This document shows positions 1 to 15,101 of a DNA stretch of 64,000 nt, piece after piece. Source of the stretch: Eledone cirrhosa (lineage: Eukaryota); assembly GCA_964016885.1 (NCBI GenBank), contig OZ024740.1:334242001-334306000 (forward strand). The letters are read 5' to 3'. Made by a program: the position numbers and the translations under genes. Below the pieces are notes generated by a model. The model was given only the letters and a program-made list of their open reading frames with translations, was not told where the DNA came from and searched no databases. Numbering within the stretch: the first letter of the stretch is position 1; every line of letters begins with the position of its first letter.

Positions 1-429
1 GTGTGAACAACTCCCTATATCCATTGATATATGTGATGGCTTCCGATTCATAGGTGCATTTTATGAGGAATTCCATGCATCCGATTTTCAGTGATTCAAT
101 GGGCATTTTATCACATATGATAAGGTATTTGACCACGTTTTGCTTTGTAAGTAAATTGGAGAGAATCACTGCAGTCAAAGTCATTTCTTTGCATGGGTTT
201 TTGTCCATTCTAAAAAGTTAAAATGATAAAGTATTACTACTATATAACTTACATCTATTGTTGTAACACCATTGAAATGTACAAGTTTCACCAATTCACT
301 ATTATGCACTAATCATCTCAAATGCATTCATGATTTACTAGCTTTGTCATTAAGCCAGTTGCCTCAACTAGATTGACAAAGTTAAACACCTCAACAACAT
401 GTGTACTCGTCTCTACCACACTAATTCGG

Positions 430-484
430 ACTGCCTGAAGAGGTCACAGCCAAAGAGGGCTGTCACCGAAATATATATAGCAGT
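430..484 (+). ncRNA. Minimal type I hammerhead ribozyme at the end of a PLE-type terminal repeat remnant
   Basis: ACTGC-CTGAAGA-GGTCACAGCC(aaagag)GGCTGTCACC-GAAA-TATATA-TA-GCAGT: 5-bp stem I, canonical core, stem II with one mismatch, palindromic stem III; AATAAA follows immediately. Confidence 0.8.
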
Positions 485-718
485 AATAAACGAAGCCAAA
501 TTTTAAACATTTGACTTATTTATTTTATTTAATTACATTTTATATATGGGAGAGAAAGAGAGAGAGGGGGGGGGGGGTCTAGGTAGAGATTGAAAGAAAG
601 AGAGAGAGAGTAGGAGACCACTAAACATGTGATCACTCGATACATAGGGAGATGCAGAGTGTGTATACAGATAAACATTCCGACCGCGGCGTCACTTGAC
701 GCCGCGTTCGGGAAGTTA

Positions 719-813
<95 letters not shown>

Positions 814-1103
814 TTCTCTCTCTCTCTATATATATATATATATACATATAGCAAGGATGAAAAAATATTTAAAATTGTATGTAGAGAGTTATATATGAGA
901 ATATATAATTGCCAAATACTCTAAGAGAGGGCTCAATGTTTCTGTAATACGGTTGGAAGAATAAGCGATATATGGAAAAACTTAAGAAAATATAGATGTA
1001 AATATTATGCTTATATAAACAAATAAATAGATGGAATCTAAATTTCAAACCAGTTTAATGATCGATGATAATATTGATTCCATATATGCATTTCTTCATA
1101 TGT

Positions 1104-1150
<47 letters not shown>

Positions 1151-1151
1151 T

Positions 1152-1273
1152 ATAGTAATAATAATATATGTGAAGACTAAAATCCGAAGAGGGCGATTCA
1201 TTTTTTTTAGTTTCAGAAGATCCCATTAGTGTGAAAACACCGATTTTTGCTTAAACTTTAATCTGTTATTGTA

Positions 1274-1276
<3 letters not shown>
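1152..1276. mobile_element. Short copy of non-coding repeat family B (inverted tail + sense 3' end)
   Basis: Matches 16205-16872, 44417-45570, 47346-47452, 55380-55965 (gaagactaaaatcc..gaggg; cagaagatccc..gtgaaa..cttaaactttaatctgttat); flanked by (TA)n. Confidence 0.7.
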
Positions 1277-1365
<89 letters not shown>

Positions 1366-1597
1366 ATATGTTCTTCTGGTTTTATAATTTCACACATTTT
1401 TTCCCAATAGAATGAGAGTCGGTTTCTAACATAGACACAAGACTCTCTCATTAGAATTTACACATCAACTAGGTACATTATGTATGCATGCATGCATGTG
1501 TAGATATGGATGTTATTGTATGTGTGGGTGTGGATGTTTTGAGTTGTATGTGTGCATGTGTATATGCTTTGTATCTGTACATGTGTATATGCAGTTA

Positions 1598-4520
1598 TTA
1601 GATGCAACATTTTTGAAATGTTTTACATATTTTTACTGTTCCATTAATGGATTGTACTTGTAATTTCCTAACTAGTTGTGCACTTTCTGTTCCTGTGAAG
1701 CCCAGCTTCTCAAGATTTGTATTGAGGCAGTTACTAACATACCCCAGTGCCCCAATAATCACAGGCATAAATCTGAAGGTGTAATCAGGGTGGAGTATCT
1801 GCAGATTTCTCATCAGTTCTGCATAAATATTCTCCTTTTCGCTAATCTTTGATATTATATTGGCATCTGCTGGGCAGCTAATTTCCACTACTGTGCATGC
1901 TTTCTTCTCCCTGTCCCATATCGTAATATCTGGTATGTTATGCCTGCATTTTATTGTGGTTTTTACTGAAACATTCCACCAGTACTCTTTCATATTATGT
2001 ACATGGATGTCTTCCACATGGCTGTATCTTTTAATGTGTTTATTATCGGGGCTATTTTTTTTACGAACTGCATTGTACAGTGTTTTGGCCACTACATCAT
2101 GCCTCATAGGTAGATAGTATCGCGATGACATCTTTGGACAGCTGCTGATGACATGGGTGATATCCTCGATGTTAGTTCTGCAGAGTCTACAATTGTTATC
2201 ACATCTAGGTGTTTTGCCTGCATCCCTATCTCTTTTGTGAATCAGGTATTTCGTGTCAATCTCCTGTTCTTGGATTCCAAAAGCGTGTCCTTCAAAGTGG
2301 GAGTCAATATAGCGGTTGTTGGTCCAATATAGACTACTATCCTTATCTATATTACTCTCACTCTGGAGCTTCCTGGCAACATTTTTTGCTGATAAGCATG
2401 CAGTTTTTCATCCATGGATTCACTGCGATACTGCTGAGCGACTTCCCTGGGTGTGAGTTTTTGATTATCACACAGTGAATATATCTAGAAGAGTTCCATC
2501 CATACTCTCATGATCTTATCTGTTTCATGCAGATAGACTTGCTCGAGAGACGGGCTCCTACGTTTCGAGGTTCGTAATGTTGTTGGAGAGATATGACGCG
2601 ACATTCAAATGCTGTCTGGACTGATGTTACGCCTCTACCTCCCTGCTTACGTTTCAAGTAAAGGCGGTCTATGTCACTGTTGATGTAGACGTTTCCGGTG
2701 TTGTTTAGTATTTTTCGAGTTCCAACATCAACTACTCGGATCTCGTCTATCGTCCAATTGAGTACTCAAAACGTTGGTGTTAAGTCAGGCACAGCAAACA
2801 CATTGTGAGCCACTGTTTTGTTTGCGCAGAGAGTCCGTTGACCAAATCTTTCTTAATCGGGTGTAGTATTCCCTGGTTACGCGTTCCTTATTACAGATAC
2901 CATTATAGGATATGTTCTCATCTATCCCCAGGTATCTGTAGCAGTCCTCATCAGATATCGGTGAAATAGTTAGGCCATTGATGACATGTTGCTAGATTGG
3001 GTTGTTGTTTTCCCCCGCTTTACAGTCATGTATGAGCATTTATTTTGGCCAAACTCCAATCCTATATCCTTTGAGAAGGTTGTAACCAGGTCAAGATTGT
3101 TCTTCATCCCATCCATGTTGTTGGCATAGAGTTTCAGATCGTCCACAAAGAAATTATGGGTTAGGTTCGTATTTCTGTCCTCCTGTGAGCCAATGATGTA
3201 TTCCTCACATTTCTAGAACAGAAAGGACAAGGGGTTTAAATGACAAAATGAATAATATCACAGAGAGACTGCCCCCCCTGAAATATACCCCTGCAGTATT
3301 TTATTTTATCAGTGAAAATAGAGTCCTTCCTCTCTGTCTTTAACTTTAGGATAGTAGCCCAAGAAGAAGACAGCCAGACTGTAGCCATATTCCTCTTAAG
3401 TTGTCGCACCTCCGACATCACAGTTTTGTTGATTAGGAGTTATTTAGCACATCCCCAAACCCCTTTCTTTCCAGCTGCTTGTTCATCAGTGATGATGTTA
3501 TTATTTTCACAGTGATCTTGGAGGAATAGGTTCAGACAGGCTGTATGCACCTTATACATCAGGTTCTGGCATGCAATGGGCCGGTAGTTTTTTGCCAAGT
3601 GGGTGTCTCTGTTCTTGGGGACCAGTAATGTTTGTGCTAATGTCTACCATTCTGGTATAAGTGTATCTCCCTTAAGAACTTGTTGGTAGAGGTCAGTAAG
3701 ATACCTCCGATAGAATATCAGTTTTTTGTACAAGTAGCCGACAAACATATCTCTTCCTGATGTTTTCTTATCTTGGAATTTTCCTATCACAGTCTCAAGG
3801 GTACCCTCACTTATTTCGTATGTTTTTGTTGTAATGTAGGAGCAATAGTTCTTTCGGATTTCTATCAGCCACACTGCATCTTGCTTGAAATTCTTCTTTT
3901 CACCCCATATTTTGCTCCAAAAGGAATCTATGTTTTTCTGGGATGGGGCCTCAGTCACACTTATTATTTTGTTCTCCATATCTCTATAGACAGTTGTTTG
4001 GTTTCGTCTGAATCTTTTATTAAGCACTTTTCTCTCATCTACCTTCTCCAGGTATCGGCGTTTTTCACTAACAGCCCTCAGTTCTTGTTTGAGGGTGATC
4101 AGCTTACATTGAAGAGTTCTGGTTTTACTGTTACCAAACGCCGTCTCTATTTTATTTTTCACTCTTTGTTGGTGAGGAGTGAGGTTTTTTGTGTTTGTTT
4201 GTATGCAAGGAGCATTGACACATATCCTATGGTTTTTCGTAGGTCAGCAAACTTTTTTTCTATTTTAGTTATATATGATGGTATTTTTGGTCGTGTTCTG
4301 TTGTTAATATATCTGCTATCACCAAGATAATGCTTCACTGTCGTTGCTAAGGCATATAAACAGGCGTTGATTTGCCAAAATGTTGGGGATTTTATCCGTC
4401 GTAAATATTCATCCCCTATTTCGTCAATAACACGTAATATTTCATTATTTGTTGTTTTTTTTATTAAACATTGTCGTTTTAATACGTTCAGCAAGAGAAT
4501 AGTTTATACATGAATTAATT
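1598..4520 (-). pseudogene. Decayed R4/Dong-like non-LTR retrotransposon (RT + CCHC + restriction-like endonuclease)
   Basis: Minus-strand fragments: YCRGIFQG (~3280), THNFFVDDLKLYAN (~3120-3165), CRLCRTNIEDITHVISSC knuckle (~2135-2195), RHDVVAK..PDITIWDREKKACTVVEISCP..EKENIY..PVIIGALG (1598-2131); multiple frameshifts/stops and an apparent deletion inside RT near 3375. Confidence 0.88.
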
Positions 4521-6799
4521 TCTCTCTGGAAGATTTCGTTGAGAGAAATTTTCAATTGTTTATATGTATATATGTATGTATATATGTATGTATGCATATA
4601 TCGACAGTAGTTCGAAAAGATCCCAGACCTCATCAAATAGGACCAAAGAAACAATCCGCGAGGTGGGCATATGAAGCATAGAAAATACTAAATAAGCAGG
4701 ATGACAATGTGTTTTCTCATTTTTCTATCAGTGTTGTTTGTTTTCTCACACAGACTCATCATAAGCAGAAAATCTATTTCTCTGATACACGATCCATTTT
4801 TAAAAAAAAATGGTATTCTCAATTACATCGTGTGAAACTATTTTCTTGTTTTGAGAGCAGATGCGGGTAAAAACGTGAGTGTGTGTGACATCATTGTCTT
4901 GTACATCGCTTTTCTTTATTTCCTTCTTCCCTTCGTTTCTTTACGCCATGCACTTTTTCTTCTCCTCTTCCTCTATATTACATCTGTCTATCACTCACCT
5001 GATGGATTGTTTCTCTGCGGCCACTGGCGGCTGGTGTGTGTCCTCTTAAACATTTTTGCCTGTCGCTGTCATTGGCAGCTTTTGTCCCTTTTAAAGCGAA
5101 GTCTCGATGTGTGTGCGCTCACGCGCGCGTGTGTGTATAATATACTATGTCCGTTTCGTTCTATTTATTATATTGTCTCCCAATTCATTGCTTCACAACA
5201 CTCCCGGTAATCATGTCTTTCGTTTCTCACCCACTCGATATCTCTTCCTCACTCAGACAATCTCTGGTTTCATACATTATGTGTTTATAAATTCCGAAGA
5301 ACTTGTACTGAATTCATTATTTGGATTATAAATTTATAAAATATGTATATGCACCATAGTTTCCCCCACACACAGTTTCTGCTTATATGTTTAATAAAAG
5401 AAAAGGAGCGAGAGAGATCACATAGAGATAAATAGATATAAAATATAAAGATAGGGAGATAGATGTGTGTATGCATGAAATGGAGTCACATAGACGGAGA
5501 GATTGAGAGTTATACAAATGCGTTAACAGCGTTCGAGACATACGAAACATTTCTTTTTTTTTTTTTTCGTTTGTAGCATTAAGTATTGACTCCGTTCAAA
5601 ACACCAGCAAATATTTCGGTTACTTAGTTCCAATGGTTAGGCAACAAATATGTAGTTCTCATCGTTAGTACAAACGAGTAGATACACACTTTAATAAAGG
5701 AGCATCAATATTTTCTCCCAGCATTTTCGATATAGCTGCTCCATTTTCTCAAGTTACACACTTCCTTTTTAATTATGTAGTCAAAAGTCGCTAATCTTAC
5801 ATGCAAAAACAGAAAAAGACAAGAGGATCATATCTGAAATGTCTTTGACACAATATCAGAGGGCAAACAATTGTAATAACAGGATAGTTTAGAAAACGAT
5901 TGAAGTACAACGACACTTTCTTTCACTTCCTCCCTGATAAGTTGAATTCTACGTTTCAATTACCCTGGGCTTGTCAAACAAAGGCATGAACACTCCTGTA
6001 CGAAATACCAGCCCAGTTGTATATCTAGAATATTTGCGACAAACGCCCAACTAGTAGATGCATTCGGACATCTTTAGTTGTTATTTTTTTAACTTTAGGA
6101 TGGCTTGCACTGCTCAACGACCTTCCCGATGAAACAAAGTATAGATAACGTAAGAAGTTTGTCACACCGTTTCGTCGGGTCTATTGTTGCGTTTCCTGGA
6201 AAAATTTACTCCATGACTATTGTAACGCGTGTCGTTTGAAATGATAGCTTTTCAGTTGGATGTACTACATTTTATTTGAATGACAAAATTCAGAGGAACG
6301 GCAAGGTGGAATTTCTTTAAGAAATACCTCCATGAAGAGCCATAGTTGAATAGAAATTTGCATTGCATTTTTTTAATAGAAAGATATATATTAAAGACGA
6401 TGGATATTTCGCCGGGAATATTTTATAATATCATACACATCATACAACACGAAAAGTTTATAACAGAATGTGGAAATGTTTCTTCCGTTTGTACGACCTT
6501 ATTACAAGTTCACATTCTCTATCAGAAACAGGAAATTACTAAACGCCTTTCATCATAAAAAATGTCTATTTATTAGTATAAAGTTTACTTTGTCAATTGT
6601 CAGGTTATCAGAAAATATATGAATCCTATTTTACGTTAATGTTTTTCGGTATATTCTTCAAAGGAAGCACGGTGATAGAGATGCAGGCAACTAGCGCATA
6701 TGTGATATATGTGTTTAGTTAACGTTCGCTCATAAAAATCATGCATATGTACATACATACACACTACACCAACGAAAAAATTGTATATAAATAAACAAT

Positions 6800-6883
<84 letters not shown>

Positions 6884-6885
<2 letters not shown>

Positions 6886-7058
6886 AACAAGTTTGACCCC
6901 GACGGCAGAGCTCAAGCCGTTTCGACGGCTATTTCTGGACTAATTTATTCCAGAAATAGCTGTCGAAACGGCTTGAGCTCTGCCGTCGGAGTCATACTTT
7001 TTCCTATTTCCCACTCTACTACCCTAAGTATTGAGTACTCTGGTGCGTTATGGTTATG
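6884..7058. mobile_element. Family A mini-insertion: fold-back of the hammerhead 3' half plus 3' tail
   Basis: gaccccgacggcagagctcaagccgtttcgacggctatttctgga / tccagaaatagctgtcgaaacggcttgagctctgccgtcggagtc inverted pair; homologous to 15150-15209 and to the tail at 13738-13830. Confidence 0.75.
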
Positions 7059-7160
7059 ATGTACTGAATATCGTTTATAAATAATCTCAATTAATTGAAA
7101 GAAAATAGGGGATAATGAGGATAATAAAGTAATACACAAAATGTGTGTTTGTTGTGTCAC

Positions 7161-7282
<122 letters not shown>

Positions 7283-9432
7283 CACATATATATATATATA
7301 TGTGTGTGTATATATATATATGTACGTGTCCCTCTACATTACGACGACGACGACTCCGGTTGTTTCAAATAAATCAACGTGCAAATGACTGCGTACCCTT
7401 AACGTATTTCTCAGGGGCATTCAGTGTGATAAAATGTGATAAATATAACAAACAACTTGTGAAAAGCTGAAGATATCGTAATTATTTTGAGAAATGTGTT
7501 TGGAATCCATAAATGATTTGTCTTCCATACTGAAGTTTCTAACGTATTATATTTGTTTTGTGAGTAAGTGTAGTTGTTGAACGTTTGTTGTCGCTAGGGG
7601 AAGCATGTGATTTAAGTTAGTGGTCTTCAAGTTAATACCTACGTCCCCTTGTACCCAGTCCATCATCGTATGGAGGAACGGCTCCATTGTTTAGAGTTCC
7701 AGTTGTTGTTGCGTAGTTGAGGCTTGAATTCAGTGGACCCCTTATTTCCCCTTTTCATTTTTTAGTGAATGGATGATTATTTCTCTTCTAATTGTGTTGA
7801 ATGTCTAATCATGTCTTTCTCCTTCTTAATTCACCGTTATATATTCCCCTACCGATCTTAGTGTATGCGGTTTCACCATCATCATACATAAACTTTATTC
7901 CATCTCAAAAAACAAATCTATTTAGTGGTTTGTCATAGCATCCTGTATATCCCACGTAGATGCTTTCATTCTCTGAGAACTATTCTCATATATGTCGCTG
8001 AAACACTTCACAATGGAGTTTAATATAGATCTAGGCTTGCTTGAATTTGTTTATATACATGGGTTTTTTATTAATTTAATGAGAAAGCTTATATAAATCC
8101 GAGTCTAGTTTTTTATAGTCAAGCTTCCAAAATTAGCTTTTCTAAAGTTTCTCACAATATAAAGCTACAGATTTATCGGTTTTCTCATTGTTTCTAGGTG
8201 TGCGCCATTGCAGCTTTCAAATAGTAGATCATGGTCACTATATATTCCATTTTCTAGGTCGGGGAACTTATATTTTAACCTGATCCATAGATAAATCCGA
8301 AAGAAGATCTATGACGCGGAGCCGTGTCATTGAAACCGATATTGATGCGAAAGTTATTCACCATGAACTTTGGTAACCAATAACTTCTATGAAACCCAAT
8401 AATGGACGGTTGACCTGTGAGATTCATTTTCTTGTAACGCTCAATATTGCTTCGTGGTTTAAAACTAGAAATATCGAATTGGATAAATCTAGCTATTCGC
8501 TCTATTCCTATGAATATTAATCTTAGTCACATAGTTTTAGTCCTTACCTATGAAGCATATGTGATATTACTCCATTTATTTCCCTCACATTAGATCCCGA
8601 CGAGCAGATCGGTCTTACAATAGGATTTACTTCAAACTCAGTCTTATTGTCATGCGGCTACTCTATCTACGATTAACTATGAGATCATATTGTCGATTAG
8701 ATATTTCTTTATTACTGGCTATTAAGGAATTATACAAACTGAAAAAAATGAGTATATGATTAATGCTTTGCCTGGAAACTTATCCAGCACTGAATCACAT
8801 GTAAACATTATTCTCTAGTTTATGAATAAGGAAAATAACGGCAAAGCAATTCTGACCAAATCTAAATCCAAATATAGGAGGGATTTAGGGGACTTTGAGA
8901 AGTGAAAAGATATATTTGTTTGCATTATCTATCAGATTTCTTGGTGTGTGTCTTTGGGGAGGGGGGGTTTGGCTAACATTGATTATGGCAAGAATGTATA
9001 TCTCAAAAATGAGTAAATATGACGTGGTTAAATGTTTGTACTGGACAAAGAAAATATGCTAAAAACATAAATTTCTTAAAATTATCGAAGCAAAAAAACA
9101 ATAAACTTTAAATTAAAATGTCATGGGCAACTCTCTTCGCTACCTTGAACTGTTAATGATAAAAAGAAAGACACATCATATGGAGCATCTGAACTGCTAA
9201 GCAATGTGATTGATTAGATGCACCTTAAAAATACTTGACACCACCCTGGACCCTTATTAGACAAGTTAAACACCCACAACCCACTTAAAGCAACATTACT
9301 TAGTTATAGCAAAACTAGTTCATGATTCTGTAAAAAGCTCTCACTACATATACATCTCTATATAACACGTATGTGTGGCATGTGCACCTTTTTCTACAGC
9401 TGTAATAAGGGCATGCGTGTTATGTACGCACG

Positions 9433-9560
<128 letters not shown>

Positions 9561-11081
9561 ATATTATATATATGTATGTACATATATGTATATGTGTGTG
9601 CGTGTGTGTGTGTATTTAAGAATAAACGTGCTGTGTATTTGCTGGTTAAGGTGTACTTATAAAAAGCGGAAAGAAAAAAGGGAGAAAATGTTCCTTCGTC
9701 AGTAGTCTGCTGGGGGTCTAGGACATTTCAATGCAATAAAGACAATATGTTTCACCCCAGGGCTTCAATCTCTCAAGGAAGTTATTCGGGGAAAAAAGCG
9801 AAAGAGAGAGAAAAAAATAGTAATAGAAGGGAAGAGAGGAGAAAAAGGAAAAAACAGCAAAAAAAAAAGCGAAAAAGAAAAATACGGGAAGCACCAAACC
9901 GAAGAGGGAAACCCGAAGCACGTGTGTGTGTGTGCATCTGGCAGAGAGAGAAAAAGTAAAGTCGACATCAATTACTGAACATAAGTTCGAGATTGGTGTG
10001 AATGAGAAAAAAAAAACGTATCTGACATCCGCAAGAGTAAGTGAGAAAGAGACAGCTAGAGGAGCAGGCGGAGAAACAGTGAGGTCGTTAGCGGAGAGAG
10101 GCAGAAAGAGAGATGAAGAAAGAGGGGAAGAGTTGATAGCAATAACTTAGATAGGGAGAAAGTGATGATAGGTCACAGCGAAACTTGATACAAATTTAAG
10201 AATAAACGGGCTATATATGTAATAGATGTATTCATAGACAATAGTATTCTCTTGAAATATACCTTCACATGAAGTGGATAGGGACTTATTTAGTGCACGG
10301 AAGTAAAACAAATAAAACAAATGTCAGAATAAACTCTGAATTGATCTCTTCAATAATAAAGACACAGGGATTGCAGCAAGTTTCCAGAAAGGAAAACTAA
10401 AGAGTAAATGGAAAGGATTCTACTCAATATATGTTAGCAGTAGATAGGCAAATAGAAATATTATTTCCGAGGTCCGATTAGACAATCAAAATTTTAAAAA
10501 ATATATCGTATATGTTAGACAAATTGATAAGAGCCTTCTAAATCCCTTGTGTGTGAACTCATCCTATATATCACTCTGGGGTATCCTACGTCTACTAAAT
10601 TAATATATTTCAAAATACATTAGAGAGTAGGGATGTTCCTTTAATTGAAAAACATGAGATATAGAAATAAAGTTGTTTGTTTCTGTCTCAGTTACCTTCC
10701 AGGTGCCTGCTATGCAACCACTCCTGTTAGAGAACTGTATGCAGCGTGCATTCATCGGAGCTTGTTTGTTGATCACCGGATGTAGTAAATAGTAAGGAGG
10801 TTTACTCTTAGGTATATAAACAGATGTATGTGTATTCTTTATTCACTGTAACCTTTCCCCATATAGTATTCACTATATCCGTTATCAGTGCATTTATTGT
10901 ACAAAGACATTAGATGCAGCCATAAATATATTACATGTTAGATATTTAAAGCACACTCTACGAAATAGATCCTTACACTATTTGAGATGCGTGAGTGTCT
11001 CCTTGCCATAGGTGTTTAAGCGTTTACACGTACGCGCACACTTACTCAAGCACCCATATATAAATAAATAAATATATATAT

Positions 11082-11153
<72 letters not shown>

Positions 11154-11573
11154 ATAAATAAATATATATACATGGGCACATTCTTATCTATATAAACATG
11201 TTTGTATGAGTGTGCAAGGAGAATTCGTATACGTCGAGACAAGTTCCATGAAAAAGAAAACTGAATTAATTGCCTATTGTTTCGCAGACAATTGACAATT
11301 AGGAGAATTGATGTGAATATGGATTATATAGGAACTCATTGTTGAGATGGTAGCATCATACCAATATACTGCGATGAATGCAATATCTATCTGAACTTAT
11401 ATTGTATTAATATAATTAACACAATGTAAAACAGATTATAACTTCCCCTCTATGTATTCATACATGTCGTCATATCTATATACTCATGCTCACATGTATG
11501 AATAATTTCTATAGGAAATATGTATGTACGTTATTTATCTACGATTTCGTCCCGTTGCACTTCGGAAAAAGTC

Positions 11574-11739
<166 letters not shown>

Positions 11740-11881
11740 ATGCGTATAATTAAGAATTTATTATGGCTAAGTTCTGAGGCTCCTTAGGCTGGAGTTTTCC
11801 CCGCGCAGTTTAAGAATGTTCAAACTCCGCTTCAGTATTGAGTTCTCTTTTCTCTCGTCCGTTAACTTCATAAGTATATGT

Positions 11882-11953
<72 letters not shown>

Positions 11954-12336
11954 ACTAAACACAGATAATTAAGTCTTCTTCCTTTTTGGGAAAATCCGGA
12001 ATTTGGCTACTGTGGTTTACCGAAAGATTGATGGTGAAATATATTTCTTTAATGAAATATAAACAAGGAAGATTAATCCATTTAAAAGGTATCTATTTTT
12101 AAAGTTCAAGTTAAACTTTAATTAGTTACCTACATAGCTATGTGTGCTTACATACTTTTACAAATTATTCCCTGTGATTAATTCATATGTTTATTTTAGA
12201 TATATATATATGTCAACCAATTTCTAGCTGATATAAAATGCTCGGATCTATTCATTGGAATCTTGGAGCATATTCTACAGTGGATATGGCGCATGTCTCT
12301 CTGACATGATACCCTTAAATTAATTTAATTTAATGC

Positions 12337-12369
<33 letters not shown>

Positions 12370-12378
<9 letters not shown>

Positions 12379-12865
12379 ATATAGATGAGATTCTACAGGA
12401 CTAGAGCTGTTCCATTCTTTAGAAATTATCAGGAATCTGGCTGTCCGAAATAAATGTTGTGGTATTTATAACTTTTCAGGTGGTAGGAGAGGGTGGGGAG
12501 TGGGATGGGTGAAGGTCATTGGTTGAAAGAAAAGGGAATTCATTAAAAGCTAATTCTTTAAAGCTATAATTTATATTTAGAGTGACAAAGGCAGAAAGAA
12601 TTCTATAAACAAGTTCAAATTGTGGTGCCACTCGTTATTTTTAAGTTTCTCTTAGCTAACAATGCCTATATTTCAGGTGTCTATAAGATGGTTGGGGTCG
12701 GCCATGGTTGATGGATTTAAAGAAAAGGGAACTTCTTTAAAAGCTAATTCTTTAAAGCTCTACTTAGAGTGACAAAGGCCAAGAGAATTCCATAAACCAG
12801 TTCAAATATTGGGTGCCTATCATTATTGTCATGTTTCTCTTAAGCTATATTCCAGATGTCAACAG
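12370..12865 (-). repeat. Decayed repeat with ~195-bp tandem duplication and an HHR-like relic
   Basis: 12526-12680 resembles 12720-12860 (aaagaaaagggaa..aaagctaattctttaaagct..agagtgacaaagg); minus strand near 12390-12435 reads CTGATAA-TTTC(TAAA)GAAT-GGAA-CAGCTC-TA. Confidence 0.4.
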
Positions 12866-13353
12866 ACACATTCACATACACACACACACATATAGATAAA
12901 TATATGAATAAATTTGGTCCTTCATCACTGATCTGCCAACCTTCATTGGTATTTCATCGCTTTAAAGACCATATACCTCCGGTTGGTGCGAGCAACGGCT
13001 AAAGAAAGTCATTGGGACACGTAAATAAGGGGAACGAGCGAGATTGTAAACAATCAAAGATGGTAATGCAACGAAAAGTGAGGAAGAAGGAGTCAAGTCC
13101 CTGAAATCGATGAACATAAGTTCTGTGAAATCGTGGACGAGAGAGAATAAAGACCATCAAACCTGGTCGAAATGTGAGCAAGGAAAGAATTTCGCACAGG
13201 TCAAACGGGAGGGAGACGAAGTCAAGTCCCTGAAATCGTTGAAATCGTAGACGAGAGAGAATAAAGAACAACTGACACATATACTAACATATACAAACAC
13301 ATCTACTGTTATACACATATGTACACATATACAAAATGCATAATTACACATAC

Positions 13354-13384
<31 letters not shown>

Positions 13385-13675
13385 ATCCTGGTAAGTTTAT
13401 ATACATCTTTTCGTCTAACTTTAATTTTATACCTAATTGTGTATAGTTGACGATAGATTTAATCGATTTCCACGTGCTATTGAAATGGTGGGTAAATATT
13501 CTATAGCTGTTGATCGCGAATAGATGGGAGTCGTTTATTTATCTATTATTTCTTCATAGGTGTCTTTTAATCTTATAGGCTGATTTAATTGGTTTTTTGG
13601 TTGGTTGATTATGCTGATTGGGAGAGGAAATGGTGTATATATCTTATCAAATGATTCTATGGTCATATTTTATAG

Positions 13676-13738
<63 letters not shown>

Positions 13739-13829
13739 CGAAGGAAATGTGGTAAGGAACCAGGTGGACCATAACGCACCAAAGTACTCAATACTTGAGG
13801 TAGTAGAGTGGATAATAGGAACCAGTAAG

Positions 13830-13923
13830 ACCCCGACAGCTGAGCTCAAGCCGTTTCGACGGCTAATTCTGGACTAAATGAAAATGTATCCTGGTATTTA
13901 AATAGCCGATCTTCTCAAGGGGT
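13830..13923 (-). ncRNA. Type I hammerhead ribozyme, U3-A8 variant (family A, inverted arm)
   Basis: Reverse complement of 15102-15195. Confidence 0.72.
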
Positions 13924-15101
13924 AATTCCATATATGGTCAAAGTGATTGTCAAAAATCAGTAGTAAATCTGTGGTTGCAAATTAGTAGGGGAGATGGTGG
14001 CTAAACCTGCCAGTAGGAGAAAGAGGAGAGGGGGTGGAGTAGCCCCAATCAAGCGTTTGTAGTGCCAGCTACAGCTGGGCATGAGGTCAAAGAAGATACA
14101 GGGGAGGGGGAGGGGGAGGAAGTCGGAACGGTAGGTAGAACAATGGGGGGTAGAAATATATAGAAATATATTAGTACCCCTACCCCCTCCCCTAGTCTAG
14201 GATAGATTTGGCGGACTGCGCCCTTTATAGCAGTTGGTTTAGACCCCGGATACCTGTCCCCTTTTTCCGACCGCTCCCACTATTCTCTGTGCCCTCTATA
14301 TTTCTTAGTGGCACTTATGCCTTATTTTTTCGTTTCAGTATTTCTTTCTTCGCTTTTCTTTTGGGCGGGGTGGATTCTGAATTTTTTCTTCCGTATTCTA
14401 CCTTTACTTCGTACGAACTTTCATGTAGCTTGTTTTAGATCTTTTAGAGTTAGCATTAGCATATATTTTTCTCGGGACTCAGAATTATTATCTCGTATTA
14501 GTTCACTTTGCTGCACTGGGTGGTTGCTGGAATTGTGCCCGGATGGAAACCTTTATTGTTTATTTCGTGGTAGTCTCTTTAGTATTTTGGCACCTTTTCA
14601 TGACCCGTCACACTATCATTTACGTACTTATGCCTCTTAAAAGGGTCCTCGCCTATTTCGTCCCACCTAGTTCTTTTACTTATTTCGTTATTTCTTTATT
14701 TCTTTCTTTACTTCTTTCTTTCTTTATTTATTTATTTATTCTAGACTAACAATAGCTAGAGACCTAGGTCGTAGAATTTATTTTACTTTACTTTTTTCTT
14801 TACACTCATTTGTTTTTCTTTACACTTATTTGCTTTTCTTCACTCTCAGTATTTTTTCTTTCCTATATATTTCTACCCCACATTGTTCTACCTACCGTTC
14901 CGACTTCCTCCCCCTCCCCTTCCCCTGTATCTTCTTTGACCTCATGCCCAGCTGTAGCTGGCACTACAAACGCTTGATTGGGGCTACTCCACCCCCTCCC
15001 CTCTTTCTCCTACTGGCAAGTTTAGCCACCATCTCCCCTACTAATTTGCAACCACAGATTTACTACTGATTTTTGACAACACTTTGACCATATATGGAAT
15101 T

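Noticed and set aside
7700-7980. Minus-strand ESIYVGYTG as a GIY-YIG remnant
   Set aside because: Single short motif with no supporting upstream or downstream motifs.
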